Source: Lama guanicoe
Lineage: Eukaryota
Length of the DNA stretch: 64,000 bases
Assembly: GCA_013239625.1 (NCBI GenBank)
Contig: MU054098.1
Location: 496,001 to 560,000 of the forward strand
Direction: 5' to 3'
Of this stretch, positions 1 through 13,044 are shown one piece after another. Position numbers and translations under genes: made by a program. The notes beneath the pieces are model-generated. The model did not search any database, was not told the DNA's origin, and saw nothing but the letters and a program-made list of their open reading frames with translations. The first letter of the stretch is position 1. The number at the start of each line of letters is the position of its first letter.

Positions 1-600
1 CATGTCATGTGTTCTTTAATATATAAATTAAGATATTTCCTTGAATTTAAGGAAATTTCCTTGTATCAAGTCCTTGAACAATTTTTTTCTTTTCTGATTT
101 ATTCTTGTCTCTTTTTCTGGGAAACCAATTATGTATATATTGGATCCCGTATTTATGTCTTATAAAGTCAACAGTTTCTTTCTAAATCTTTTATATTCTT
201 TTCCATTAAAAAAAAATCACTTTTCTCAAGACATTCATCCTATCTCTTTCTGTGATTTTAATGATGTCTCTTCTCTTTTTTTTTTTTTTTTACCTTTCCT
301 TTTTAATTTTTTTTTTTTTTTTCTTTCTCGCTCTTTTTTTTTTTTTTTAAGACAAGGTTTTTTTTTTCCATTCACTTCTTTAAATTCTTAACTATATGTT
401 TGGTCTTGATTTGCCCAGTTTCACAAGAATATATTTTAGTGAGTGCTCTTCATCTATTTGTTTACCTTTTCTTTTTTTTTTTCTTAGCATATTTGCTACA
501 AATATGGTTCCTTTAAAATTATTATTGTGGTTCCTTCAATAATTATTATTATTTGGTTCCTTTTGAATTCTTTTTAAATGAGGCAATTCTTCTTGTACCA
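1..600 (-). mobile_element. Old L1 fragment with poly-T tracts
   Basis: T-rich degenerate antisense L1-like sequence; boundaries approximate. Confidence 0.45.
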
Positions 601-729
601 TCTAGTTGTGAGAATATGAAAAACACAAGGGCCAGGGAAGAGTTGTAAGTCAGCAGTCTTCCAGACTCAGAATGAAGACCGGTGAGGTACAAGATTTTGT
701 GTCAATGTGTGTTTTTCTTTTTCTTTAAA

Positions 730-1183
730 ATTGTTTTTAGTACTCAACACCATTCCTGCTCTCTTCTGTGATCTCTCCTATATTGCAGGGGCTGGAAGCT
801 TGAGAAATGCATTTCCCACCTACTTAACATTTTGCTAGTAAGAGGCACTCACATAAAATGGGCAAGATGGAAAGGAAGTGTTACTCCTTTCTTGGTAGTT
901 ATTGTAATATTTTGGCCTTGGGAGAAGTGTGGTTTAAATTCTCACCCAAATCACCCACCTTGATGGTGTAGCCAAACGTGACTAGTGGTAATAGCCTCTG
1001 CAGTTTCTCATCTGAATTACATTAGTAACTTCTGATTTCTTGAGAACTAGTGGTAAACTGGGAGCTAGCTATGTCCTTCCATGACCTTTGTTCCTCCATT
1101 ATTTCCAATAGTTTTATACCACCCAGCTATCCTTGAAATTCCAGGGTGCTTTCTCTTTTCTTAGCCAAACTCTGTCTAGCATA
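730..1183 (+). mobile_element. LTR33-like ERVL LTR
   Basis: tattgcaggggctggaagct...catttccc...agaggcactc motifs resemble the LTR33 consensus; ends approximate. Confidence 0.6.
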
Positions 1184-1560
1184 TCCAGTTTAAGCTTTAT
1201 TTCCCTTTAGCAGGCAAAGATCAGCAGCTAAAATGCTTCTTATCACTCACAGAATTTCTTATACCCTGCACTGCAGTTGCAAATACCATGCATTTTCATG
1301 CTTTCTTATTTAGACTTGTCTTCTTTGCTACTCTTTGATGTTTGTATGATTTAAGAAGCCTTCACTGACTGGGCAGCCTACAAACTCCAGTCTGGTTATA
1401 AGCAAGATGTAGATGGTTTTGTCTTTCAAGGTGTGCCATTGACTTTGCACACCTATGTATTCTATTGTCTCTGCACATGATCTGTAGCACAGATACGTTC
1501 TCTGCATGTTTTCCATCACCGTGGTCAAATTCACAATGCTCAGGGAAACACTTCTTTAGG

Positions 1561-1618
1561 TTAATTATCTATATAATAATAATTTATATATAATTTATAA
1601 TATAATTATATATATAAT
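1561..1618. repeat. AT-rich low-complexity tract
   Basis: Almost pure A/T run (ttaattatctatataataataatttatata...). Confidence 0.8.
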
Positions 1619-3082
1619 GTGCCCTATAACTTTACTTAGGTCTTTAATTTCCAAAAAGTTTTTTTATGATTTTCTTTATTTGCTTGCGCATTAGTCATAT
1701 GTTTGATTTATTAAAAATTTTTAAACAATCCTATTTCCTATTTTGTATCTTGTAATTCCAATGTGTGATGTTCTGCTTTTCTAATATTTCTATTGTTTTT
1801 GCTATCTATTGATCATGGTAATTTACTACCTAAAGTATTGAAGATTTTTGCATCATGATCTGCTCATTTTCCTCAGAAATTTTTCTGTGGAAAATTTTTG
1901 AGGGCTGAGGTACAGGGGATTTCTCAAAAAAGATTTTAATTTTCTTCTGTCAGGCTGAAAGCACTGTAAACTAAATTTTTTGTTTGAGGTTTTGTGACAC
2001 AAGCCAGTTAATGTGAATCAAGGCTACTGACCCACATGAGGGCTGGCCATTGTTACAAATTCTTAGAGAGTTTTCTCTTTCTACTCACTGTCAAAGTTCA
2101 AGATAGGTAATTTAACTTGTAGTCCTCCAGTCTCATCTTTCTGGGAACTGAGAGGTTGGGGTGAGTTTAATTGTAGTTTACCCTTATAATGGGGTTAAGC
2201 TTTTTTCTCCCAGTTTTATTTGGGGTATTCTGTTAGACTTTTAGCACTTGAATTTTGAATTTTGCTTCTTTTGAGATTCCCATGATTCTGCAAATAAACA
2301 CGACCTCATTACATTCTCTTGAGAATAAAGCAAGCTTTAGTGCTCTGGGTTTTTACCCTCACTCATGTCTTGGCCTGAATAGTCTTTCATTTTTGGTAAA
2401 ATTATGACACTTATTTAGCAATACTTACTGACACAACTTTTTTTTTTTTTTAACATTTTCAGTTGTTTTTATTTGAAGGTTCATTCAGGCCACTTAATTC
2501 TGTTACCACAAATGAACTACACCTGTGCCCATTAACATCTTATTTTTTCAATATTCCCAATTTCTTTCTCCCTCTCTCTTTGTATTTACATCCAGTGAAA
2601 TTCATATATTTTGAATGTACAGTTTGCATTATCATTGAAAATGTAAATACCCTTAAGAAGGTTTCCCGGGCATCTTGCCTTTGTCAGTCTTTGTGTCTTA
2701 GTATTAATAATTATTTAATTTTTTCTTTCCTTAGCTGAGTGGTTTGTACTGAGAGAAAGAGAAATTCGACTGGTGGATGGCAAGTGTAGGCTATAGTGGG
2801 GCACCAAATCGGGTGTTTCTGAATGCTTAGGAGGTAGTGTGTGAATCTTATGCTTGTAGAGGGAATGATTAGAAAGAGGAATTAGGATGCCTTGACTGTA
2901 CATTTTGTTTGCTGAGTGACTTTGAAAAAAAATTTCACTTCTTAACAAATTAATGAATATGTAGATACAGGTGATTGATGGCAGCTTAAAGGATAAATTT
3001 ACTAACAGTTTCATCCAACTACACAAAAGTACAAATCAATAGTTCCAATCCATAAATCATCCCAGAAATACAGGAAGGGCAC

Positions 3083-3975
3083 TGTGGGTTCTGTTCATCA
3101 TGGGTTTTGTCCAGCAAAAGTCCCACTGCGGAAGAACGAGATTACTCAAGACTTTATGAAGTCAAGAGAGTGAAAGGGAGCTGGAGACCAACTCCCCGAG
3201 CTCCTCCAAAGCTGTTGTATTTATTGAGAAGAGTCAAACAAAGAGTCAAAGTGAAATACATCATAGGAATGAGTAAGGAGTGTGGTATACGTGCAGGGAT
3301 GCAGGTCAGCAGTTTCAGTTCGTGAAACACAGAAACATTATAATCTTGATTTATACTTAGAGAGAAGGTTACAATATTGATAGTACAAGCAATCATTTTT
3401 AGCCTCAAACAATCATGAGCAAGGTTTTCAGTGTTACTGATAATGAAAACCCAGACCACCACAGAGTCTCCCTACAATGATCAGAAATCATCTAAGCGTG
3501 CGAAGCAGCCCCGCTGCTCCCAGCTAAGGGCTAAGTCAGGCTTCTGCGAGCAAGGGCAGCCTGCACTGCCCACCTGCGCCTGATGAGCGAAGCGTGTCCT
3601 GCCGGTTAGGGCCGGGGACGCGGTCCGGTTTTCCATAAGCACAAGCAGCCCTGAATCTACGACCTCGAACTAAGCAAAGCGAGCAAAGCATGTCTCTGCT
3701 TTTTACGGCAAGGAGACAGATTGTAGCAGGTTCCTGCTAGCAAAGCAGCTTCAGGGCAACTGAGCTCAGTTCCGTAGATAAGGTGGTGACTGGTATTGAG
3801 AGTTTAGTCTTCGGTGCCTTTGGACATTTTGCTTTGAAGTAGCAGTATAATGACAAACATAGAAAGCACTGGCTTTGATTATACATTTCTTCTGTGTTTA
3901 CGTAAAGGTGAGAATGATTTGGTAAAGTAATCATTACAATGTCAAAGTTTGTTAACCCCAGTTTGTGCTCCCACA
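3083..3975 (-). mobile_element. Young ERV solo LTR, probably class II (ERVK/betaretrovirus-like)
   Basis: Inverted termini TGTGGG...CCCACA; perfect 6-bp TSD GGGCAC at 3077-3082 and 3976-3981; minus-strand TATAAA (3350-3355) and AATAAA (3220-3225); many intact CpGs. Confidence 0.88.
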
Positions 3976-4539
3976 GGGCACCTGCTGCACAGCAAACCAT
4001 AGGAATTGTTTCTCCTCATGGAAACCTAGGGCCAGAGAGTCAAGAAATGTGGCAACTATCCTTGTTTTTCTATTACAATAAATAACAAAACAAGCTGGAC
4101 AATTAAATCATTTTTATTATCTAAGAGTAATAGGGACTACTAGTTTTTATATGCTTATAATATTTTGATGTGATGTTACACATACTAGATCTAGACCATC
4201 GCTGTCCCTTCTAATTCATAAGTGCATGTTTACTTTATGAGAAGTAAGGCTATCTGATCAAAAGACTCTTTCCCACAGAACATCAAAACTTTTGAAATCT
4301 TTACCCTTAGTTCTTTTCCTCAAGAAAAAGGCCTCATTAAAGAGATCTACATTTTTATTGTGTTAACACATCTGTTTTCTGGCAGAAGTAACCCAATAGC
4401 TAGCAGCACACTGATAGGTATTGATTTATCTGATAAATAACCTCGTATCAGATATTGTCACATAGCAGAGAGAAGGGTCATATTGAAATAAAACAGAAGC
4501 AGCAAAACTTTTCTAAAATCACACACATGCATAAATATC

Positions 4540-4710
4540 AGAGTTCAAAGATTTTTTAGTAATTCATTTCCAGCCCAATATTTGTATATTACAGACGGGA
4601 AACGGAGTCTCTGACATTGGAAAGAAATCGATCCAGATTCACCATGTCAGTGAAAGTACTGCAGCTAGACCCAGATCTCTGGATTCCGACTTCATTATTC
4701 TTTATACTAT
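4540..4710 (-). mobile_element. MIR SINE fragment
   Basis: acagacgggaaacggag resembles the MIR core acagatgaggaaactgag. Confidence 0.55.
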
Positions 4711-5549
4711 TTGAAACCATTTTTATTTATTCCAGAAGAACAGAGAAAGTCTGAGACACCATTGGACACTACTTAGGATCATAGGCAGCCTGAAAGCAGC
4801 ATGAGGACATTGCGTGTCTGAGAGTTATGGATGGAGGTAGGTGGGCATAAAAATGAGAAATGGAAGGTCATGTAAATTGCAAATCAAGTATCAATCCTTA
4901 GGATAACTGAAGCTATCATAGGCTCGCTGTAAGAAGGTGCCTGTATGGCTGTTGGAAAGCCTAGTAAAAGAAAATACTAAACATTATTCTTCCTGGGCCA
5001 TGGTCTTGAAATAATGTAGTTTCTCTTCATGATTTTACTATTCAATTTTAAAATCCCCTTTGCTTCAGATAATAAATATTCCAGGTCTGTTTGTTCACTG
5101 TTTTTTCTTCTAATCAGTTGTCCCCTGCATGCCAGGGATCCTTGTAATATGTAACTGCTGACAGGAATTTGTGTATATTTGGCATAAAGATTCAGCACTC
5201 CATAAAGCTGACTACATCCGGCTATTCTGTGTATTGCCAAACAACCCTGTGATGATAACGATGGTGGGGTTGCTGGGTATTGCTGTGGCTTCTTATGCAC
5301 TTCACAGTATGTTTATAAACATGTCTCCAATTGTTTCTTACAACAAACCTATAAGGTATGTAGGATTAATCATAATGAAATAAAAAGACAACAAAAACCT
5401 GGGCTGGGATTTTATCTCACCAAATATCAGTTAACCCCACCCCAGTACTATGGTAGCTTCTTGGGAGAGCAGATACTCTGTATAAAGGAGAACTGTGTGT
5501 TAGTAAATTAGGCTTTGTGCATCCCCAGCACCAAACTGGACTAGTGCCA

Positions 5550-6065
5550 TTTATTCATTCTATTTTCAACAACATTTAACGAGTACCTTCAATGTTAATT
5601 TCTGGGGATACAAAATGACCAAAATAAATGGGACCTTATACCATGGAGCTTGCAGTCTAGTGAGACAGAGAAACCTAAGTAGTTAAAGAAATAAGATATA
5701 CATTGTGAAGAATATTTTGAAGAAAATAGTATGCTATTAAATTATATATGTGGTTTTTTGTGTTTGGTAGTATTTTGAATAAGTGATCAGGAAAGGTCTC
5801 TCTGATGAAATCTGAAAAATGAAAAGAAGTGAGCCATGGAAGGAAATGGCAGGAAAAAGGCACCAAGCAGCCAGAATAGCAAACACAAAGTACCTTGAAT
5901 AGGGAAATCCTGATATTTTGGAACCAAAAAGGCATCAACCTTGTTGGGATGTCATTTATGATGTGAAATGATGAATGATGTGAAACGATATCGAACAGGT
6001 AGGATCCAGGTATTGCAGGGCCCTGTAGACCATGATAAAGTGTTTGGACATTCTTCTAAGAACAA
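5550..6065 (-). mobile_element. L2 LINE 3' fragment
   Basis: Antisense L2 tail (atttattcattc...caacatttaacgagtacc) and ggaaaggtctctctgatgaa motif. Confidence 0.7.
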
Positions 6066-6067
6066 CT

Positions 6068-7690
6068 ATTTTTGAAAGAGTGATCTATTCACAGGAAGTT
6101 GCAAATCGATGTGTGCAAAGAGGTCCTACGCACTCTTCATCCAGTTCCCCCCAGTGGTAATATCCTGCATACCCCTAGTATGATATAAAAACCAGAAAAA
6201 CAACATTGGTATAATCCACATAGCTTATTTCACCAGTTTTACATGTACTCGTGTGTGTGTGTGTGTGTGTGTGTGTAGTTCTATGCAATTTTATCACGTG
6301 TGTAGACCATAATCAAGATATCAACATACAGAATTGTTCTATCACCAAAAAGTCCATTGTTCTACCCATTTTTTAGCCTCATCCATCTCTCCTTCTCTGC
6401 ATCTTCCCCCAAAGTCCTTATCCACTGGTGAATCACTAATCTGTTCTCTATCTGCATAATTTTGTCATTTTTGAGAATGTTACATACATAGGATCAGATA
6501 GGATGTAACCTTTCAAGATGAGCTTTCTTCACTCAGCATAATTTACTTGAGATTATCTGAACTGTATGTGTCAATAATTTGTTCTTTTTCATTGCTGTGT
6601 AGAGTTCAGTGGTATAGATGTGCCCCAGGTATTTTATTGGCTCATTCACTGAAGGGCATTTGGGCTGATTCCAGTCTTTAGTTATCGTGGATACAGATGT
6701 TATGAATATTCATATATAGGTTTCTATAAGAACATAAGTTTTCAATTCTCTACAATTAATGTCTAAGAGTACAATTACTGGATCCTATAGTAACTGCATA
6801 TTTAGTTTTACAACAAACTGTCAAACTATTTTCTATAGTGCCCATAACATTTTTCATTCCTACCAGCAGCATATGAGCATTATCGTGTCTGTATTCTCTC
6901 CAGCATTTGGTGTTATCACTATGTTTTATCTTAGCCATTTTGATAAGTTTGTAGTGCTATCTCATCATGGTTTCAATTTATATTTCCCTAATAATAAGTG
7001 ATGTTGAACATTTTTTTCATGTGCTTATTGGCCATCTTTATATCCTTTTTTGTAGAATGTCTCTTTATAGCTTTTGCCTATTTTTAAATTTGATTGTTTT
7101 CTTACTGCTGAGTCTTAATAGTTCTTTATACAGTTGCCCCTTGAACAGCAAGGGTTTGAACTGCACAGGTCCACTTATACATGGATTTTCTTCAATGGTA
7201 AATACCACAGTACTACACGATTTATGTTTGGTCCAATCTGTGGGTGCAGAACTGTGGGTGTGGAGAAACCATGGGTATGGGGGGCAAACTATAAGGTACA
7301 CAGATTTTCACTGGGCAGAGGATTGGTGCCCCAAATCCTCACGTTGTTCAAAGGTCAACTGTATATTCTAGACATGATGCTTATTTTGGGATTTCTGGTT
7401 TGCAAATATTTTCTCCCAGTTTGTAGCTTGTCTTTTTATCTCCTTCACAAGGTCTTTCTCAGAGCAAAGTATTTTAATTTTGATGAGATACAATTTATCA
7501 ATTTTCCTTTTATGTATTGTACATGTGGTGTCATCTCTAACTCCTCATCAAGCTCTTGGTGCTGAAGATTTTCTATTTTACCTTCTAAAAGTTTTCCAGT
7601 TTTATATTTAAATCTATGATCCCCTTAAGTTAACTTTTGCATAAAATGTGAGGTTTAATTCAAGGTTCATTAATTTTTTGGTTTTTATTT
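6068..7690 (-). mobile_element. L1 3' end (L1MC/MD-type), interrupted by a Tigger MITE
   Basis: Antisense L1 3'UTR and ORF2 C-terminus remnant (ORF 6756-6938 MAKIKHSDNTKCWR..); contains (GT)13 at 6251-6276. Confidence 0.85.
7131..7361 (+). mobile_element. Tigger2-family non-autonomous DNA transposon (MITE)
   Basis: TIRs cagttgccccttgaaca / tgttcaaaggtcaactg, TA duplication on both sides, inserted in L1. Confidence 0.9.
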
Positions 7691-7981
7691 TTGAGGTGGT
7701 AGCTAAGCAAATTGTGTTTTCTTCCAAACAAGTGAATGCATTGACCCCTTTTATGGCATTGTTTGTATGGAGAACATGCCAGAAGAGTCAGTCAACAGAG
7801 TCAAATTCAAAAGAATTATACCCTGAGAAGGGAAGAATTTGAACTCAACGTTCTCTTCATAGAAACAGCTTTACTCTTTTTCAGAAGGCCTTAAAATATT
7901 TTGGGCTTTGGCCATCTCTACCAGCACTCATTTTCAAAGTTAAACATGTGAGTCAATTGGAAGAGTAGGCTGTGAGATTTA

Positions 7982-8200
7982 AGTGTTTCCTAGAAACTTA
8001 TAAATATGTTAGTAAATATTTCATGGAAAAAGGGTTCTGGGATCAAATAATTAGGGAAATTCTGGGTTAAGCAAAGTTAAATCTTTTTTTTTTTTTCTTG
8101 ACTGCAGGACTTGCCAGAGCCTTTATTGCATTATGCTTTGTGGCTTTCAGATTGTAGCATTCAGCATTTTCCAAATTTGTTTTATTGGGGAACCACTATT
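7982..8200. mobile_element. hAT-Charlie (Charlie4-like) fragment
   Basis: aaagggttctgggatcaaataattagggaaattctgggttaa...actgcaggacttgccagagccttta resembles Charlie4. Confidence 0.55.
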
Positions 8201-8214
8201 TTAAAATCATAGCT

Positions 8215-8610
8215 ATTTTTTAATCTAGTATAATCTAATGTATAATTAACATATAACACAGTGTGTGTTTAAGGTGTACAACTGTACAAGTTGATTTGAT
8301 ACAGTCACATGTTACAAAATGATCACCACCATAGCCTTAACTAACACCTCCATCACACCATATAATTACCACTTCTTTGTCGTGGTAAGGACATTTAGGA
8401 ACTCAGCAACTTTCATGTATATTATACAGTATTATTAATCATGATTACCATGCTGTACATTAGATTCCTAGAACCTGTTCATCTTATAAGTGGAACTTTG
8501 TACCCTTTGGCCAATATTTCCCTATTTGCCCCACCCCCAGTCCTTGGTAACCACCGTTCTACTCTGTTTCTATGAGTTTGGCTTTTTTTTAGATTCCACA
8601 TATAAGTAGA
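8215..8610 (-). mobile_element. L1 3'UTR fragment (L1MA-type)
   Basis: aaggtgtacaac...ggtaaccaccgttctactctgtttctatgagtttg...agattccacatataagt. Confidence 0.85.
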
Positions 8611-8889
8611 CCACCATTGTTTACATTTCCTGAGAGAGTATGTCAGGGATAAAACAGTTTGAGATATGTTAATGGCGCCAAAGTCCTGCCCACCTGAAAA
8701 GTAAGGTGATACTAACCCTGAGGACTGGAGTATCCCTTAGGAGGAGACAGTCATCAAGGGAGGCACCTGGGTTTCTTGAGTACACAGAGGTTTAGTTTTG
8801 TTTACTGCCTGCTCAACGAAAATTTGTGCTTCAATCTGAGGCCGAATGAGAAACAAATTGTCTTTCAGAGTCCTTAAGGATGGAGAAAA

Positions 8890-8918
8890 ATGTTTAGAAA
8901 TGAGATGACAGCCAGTAC
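8890..8918 (+). CDS. Candidate coding exon 1 of a hypothetical 102-aa spliced ORF (exon 8869-8918)
   Basis: Acceptor tgtctttcag| at 8868, in-frame TAA 8875 upstream of ATG 8890, donor TAC|gtaagg. Confidence 0.22.
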
Positions 8919-10102
8919 GTAAGGCGATACAAAGAGACTGCTCATGGTGGAGTTCACATACCTGCTTCAAGAACTGTGCAGCCAACAGCTGATGGGACTA
9001 TGGAAAAAGTGAGATAGATAGACGGGCAGTCTGTCCTCTGCTCACATCCCTAACTATCTTCCTCTTCTTGCCCAGCCTTTCCCATGTAGTCAGGCCCCAG
9101 AGTTCTGTTCTGAACACTCTCTTCCCCCATTTCCCTTCCTTTCTCCTCCATTTTCTCTTTGTGTATCCTCATCTGTTCCCTTTGCCTTGAGTACCACCTC
9201 CCATTTCTGGCTCTTCAGCCCACAGCTTTGACCTGAGACCCAGATCTGCATCTCCACTCAAATGTCTCACAATCACCCCAAACACATCCTCTCCAAAAGC
9301 TAACTCCCCATTCCTTCCCACTTCAAACCGATTGCTTCTACCTCTGCTTGGAGCTGTATGAAAAGGATGTTCACAGGCAGAAGATGGGATGGGTTGGTGC
9401 TGAGAAAATTAGCTGAATGAGAGTGTGAGAGCAACGATCTCCAGGCCTCCTTCTAGATGCTAGTTTAAAAGGAGAAGTAGAGAATTAGAAGTCCCTAACC
9501 CGGGACAGCCCAGGATCAAAGATCCTATAACTTCCTGTGTTTGGGGGAGTGGTTGGAAAGAAAAAGGGTGATGAGTGAGAAATCTGGCTGAGATAAAGAC
9601 ATAATTTCTCTTAATAGATGTGCACTTCTGGCAGGAGGAAGCTCAGGAACTCAGCCCCTCTATTCTGCCTGAATGTAAAGAAACAAAGATCAGAGGAGGC
9701 AAGGATGTTCTTTCATTTACTTTTGGCAATCCAACAGCTGTGACAAAGTGTCTATGACAAAGCAAAGCCATTGGCAAAGGAAAAAAAATTACTTTAAAGT
9801 CCTCAGCTTTCAAGATATGTTGAAACACTGTGCAGACACCTTGGAAAGGTGTTTTTTCCTTCTAGATTAATATATTTGGTTTTGGTAGAAGGTTTGTGGC
9901 TGGTTTGGGTTTGGTGATGTCCTATCCAAACCAAGGGATAAAATTAGGATTAACTAACATCTCTGAGACCAAGAATCCAAATGGGAGAATAATACCACTT
10001 ACTTTTCTTTTTGAGGATTAAATAACCATAGTATGTAGTATTTCACTGATCACAAAATAAGAGCTCAGTAAAAGTTATGTTTCTCTTTATTTCTCTCAAA
10101 AG

Positions 10103-10165
10103 ATGTAAAGCGATGGCCTTTCACTCGAACACAGGATATGGATGCTGCTCAAGACAATTTACTAT
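10103..10165 (+). CDS. Candidate coding exon 2 of the hypothetical spliced ORF
   Basis: Pyrimidine tract ttctctttatttctctcaaaag|, donor TAT|gtgagg, open in the joined frame. Confidence 0.25.
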
Positions 10166-10979
10166 GTGAGGACTTCATTGCAAATATCTGGGGGAACAAG
10201 AAAACACAATGCCCAGGCCAAGTGGATCACCTTAAAGACACAGGATCTGATTTTTGAGTTTGTGACTGTTTTTCAAAAAAATGTTTACACTAAAACGTTA
10301 AGTACCTCCCTACCATCCATATTATCATTTGAATAGACGTTAGAGAAATATGCTCAGTGAAAGCTAAATAGTAAGCTAAATAGTAATGAAAATAACAACA
10401 GCTAACATTTGGTTACACTTATGTGCCAGTGTGCAAATCACTTTAGATCCATTATCTCATTTAATTTCACAATAACCCTGTTTGGTAGCTACTCTAATTG
10501 CATACACGGGACAGTAAAAATTATTTCTAATCTTTTGCTGCCCTTTGAGGAGGGGGGCTACTGGCAACTGGACGGTCATTTGTTTGCTGAGTAGGCTTTT
10601 GAGTATAGGTATATGAGTTGGGAAGTGAGATACACGCAGAGATAACTCACCCCGCCTAAGAAAGGGATAGACAGAAAAGGGGTATAATGATGCTAGAAGG
10701 GAGAAGCCAAAGCTGGGAAGGCCGAGCATCATAGAAGAGAGTGTAGAAAAAAAGACCTACTATTTTTAAGAAATAAAACTTGGAAAGAGGTCAAATAGGG
10801 CTTCTTGGAGAAAAATATTTTGCTTTGTAAAGCTATTTCAATTTGCCTATGAAATCTTCTGGATGATATACATTTGATGCAAAGGGCTTCTTTATGGAGA
10901 ATGCAAGAAAGTTCTGAGTCTTGTTTTATGGTTGATGCAGGGCAAAAAGAGATGTGTGTGGATACTGCCAACATATAGA

Positions 10980-11130
10980 TTATACCATTTCACAGATAAA
11001 GAAACTGGGGTGTAGAAAGGTTAGTTATGAAAGTTGTTCAAGGTCAATAGCTAGGAAGCAAAGAAGCCAGGATCTAACCCTGGTTCTATAATATCCCAGT
11101 ACCTACACTCTTAGTCTTTAAGATAAACTA
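10980..11130 (-). mobile_element. MIR SINE fragment
   Basis: ccatttcacagataaagaaactggg core. Confidence 0.7.
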
Positions 11131-11956
11131 CCTCTCTGAATATGTTGGTTTTAAAAGTTTTTTTTTATCAGTTTATAATCTCAGGTAATAATTTTTAATC
11201 TGAGGCCCACTGTATTCCTTCTGGCCCATTGGAGCACTGCATTGTGTGCTCCTTGGCCAGGGTGTAGGGGATTCCTTTGCCCTTCCTCCTTACATGGCAA
11301 CTTTGAGGAATGTAAGCAGTGTAACCTTCTCTGAAATGAACTTTGGAGGGCTGCCTGTCAAGGGTATGGCTTCTGACTTCTAACTGAAGAGCTGAACAGG
11401 GCAAAAAGAGCGCCATGAAATGAATAATACAATGTAAAAGCACATGGCAGGAGACTAACCTTCAAACACTGTTTCCTTGCTTAAAACACCTTTAAAATGG
11501 TTTCATTTCCCTCCTGAATAGAGAATGTGGGAACACTTCCCATATTTTCTTCTCATGTCCCTCTCTTCCTTCCCTTCCCCTTTCGCCTCCCTCTTCTTCA
11601 TTAAAATTTTCAAAGCAGCTTTATAAAGCTTCAGGGCTTCAAATTCCAATTAAATTGAACCCCTCTTCAAGTTGTTTTCTGTACGGTTCTCAAGGTAAAT
11701 AAACCCAGACTTATCAAGAGCTACCTGAGAGCACAGGCGTCAGTTCAATGGCCAGAGTCTCGGATTGGGAGTATTTGCTTGTGCTGGTAGTAAATCCAGT
11801 ACCTGAAGATGTAGAGTTCAAGTGTCTGCCTTTGAAGTGTTTCCACAATTGAGTGACTGAATTATCTGCAGTTGGTTTATTGATCAGGAAGCTGTGTCTA
11901 GATCAAGTCTCCATCTTCATTTAGCATTCCAGAGCCAGACTCACGGGGGCCCCTCT

Positions 11957-12203
11957 TGTTGGTGTCGCAATATCATGTACACATACACACTGTATGCGGA
12001 GTGAGCTGATGGCTACTCGGAAGCTTTATTAAGTTACATAGTCTTATATAGCAAAGAAGAATGACAAGGGAAATGGTTAACAGGCAGCGTCTGGCTCAAG
12101 GTCAGAAGACCCTTTATGTTTTGGTAAATCATGTTCATATTGGCACCAGCGAGCCTTACAGCTTATCAGGGCGGAATGTACGAGAAACAGCTGCTTCACA
12201 ACA
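11957..12203 (-). mobile_element. Short solo LTR-like element (247 bp)
   Basis: TGTTG...CAACA termini, minus-strand TATATAA (12044-12050) and AATAAA (12025-12030), imperfect 4-bp TSD ctct/ttct. Confidence 0.6.
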
Positions 12204-13044
12204 TTCTTCTTGGCCTCAGGCGGCTGTGCCTGTCTTAGGTTGCCCCCTTCTGGGGATCTTACCCGTCCTTGGCTAACCAGCCTTCTCACCTCTGAGTCTG
12301 CAGCTTTTTATACCTTGTTTACCTTTCCAGCCCAAGGCTCGTTCCTTGGTTCCCACAGTCGGGGGGCTACACCTCTGATGTGCCAGAATCACCGGGGCAG
12401 TGCATCCTCCTCAGAGTTCTGAGGCCTGAGCCAGGCCTCTGTGTTAACTCAGAGTTTCCTTTTTGCTTTTCCAATCTTTCATTGCTGATTCCTTGTATTA
12501 GACTGTGTTGAAATACCTAATATAGTTTTATCTTTTTCTTCGGAATGTTTTTTCCCAGTGTCTTGATAAATAGATTGAGTCAGTCGGAGATTTCCTGCAT
12601 TTCCCATACTTTTCAAGACTTTGGACACTGATGCAAATGGTATGCAGCAAGAGAAACCAGAAGAAGGCTAAAAGAGCAAATAAGAAAACTTTTTTGGGCA
12701 AACTCTTCATTGCCTTCATTTAATTTAATCATCTGTAATTGGTCTTCAAGGAAGAGAAATACATGGAGGTCATTTGTGGGTGTGTTTTAGACTGCTCACA
12801 GCTGCCTGAACAATATGCCTGATTGCTCTATGTACCAGAGGATTACAGGAATGCCGAGATGGTAATCCCCTCAAATACCGGACTCCCCTGCCCAGTTCTT
12901 TCTGGCTACAAGGAGCCTCAGCTATTTACTTTTTTGTGCCACAAAAATATTAACAATTTCTTCTTAGGTGTGCATTGACAGAAAATGGTTGGTAAGCATT
13001 GATCTATTGCATTTCATGCAGATTCTCCTAAAACCTCTACATTT

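Noticed and set aside
1300..1550. Possible processed pseudogene on the minus strand (faint RPL26-like KVNGT / ITRLE words)
   Set aside because: Matches lie in different frames with wrong spacing; no poly-A or TSD
3154..3462. 102-aa ORF and CpG patch as a host gene or CpG-island promoter
   Set aside because: Entirely inside the TSD-bounded solo LTR
10361..10386. 12-bp direct duplication aagctaaatagt
   Set aside because: Simple slippage duplication; no array structure
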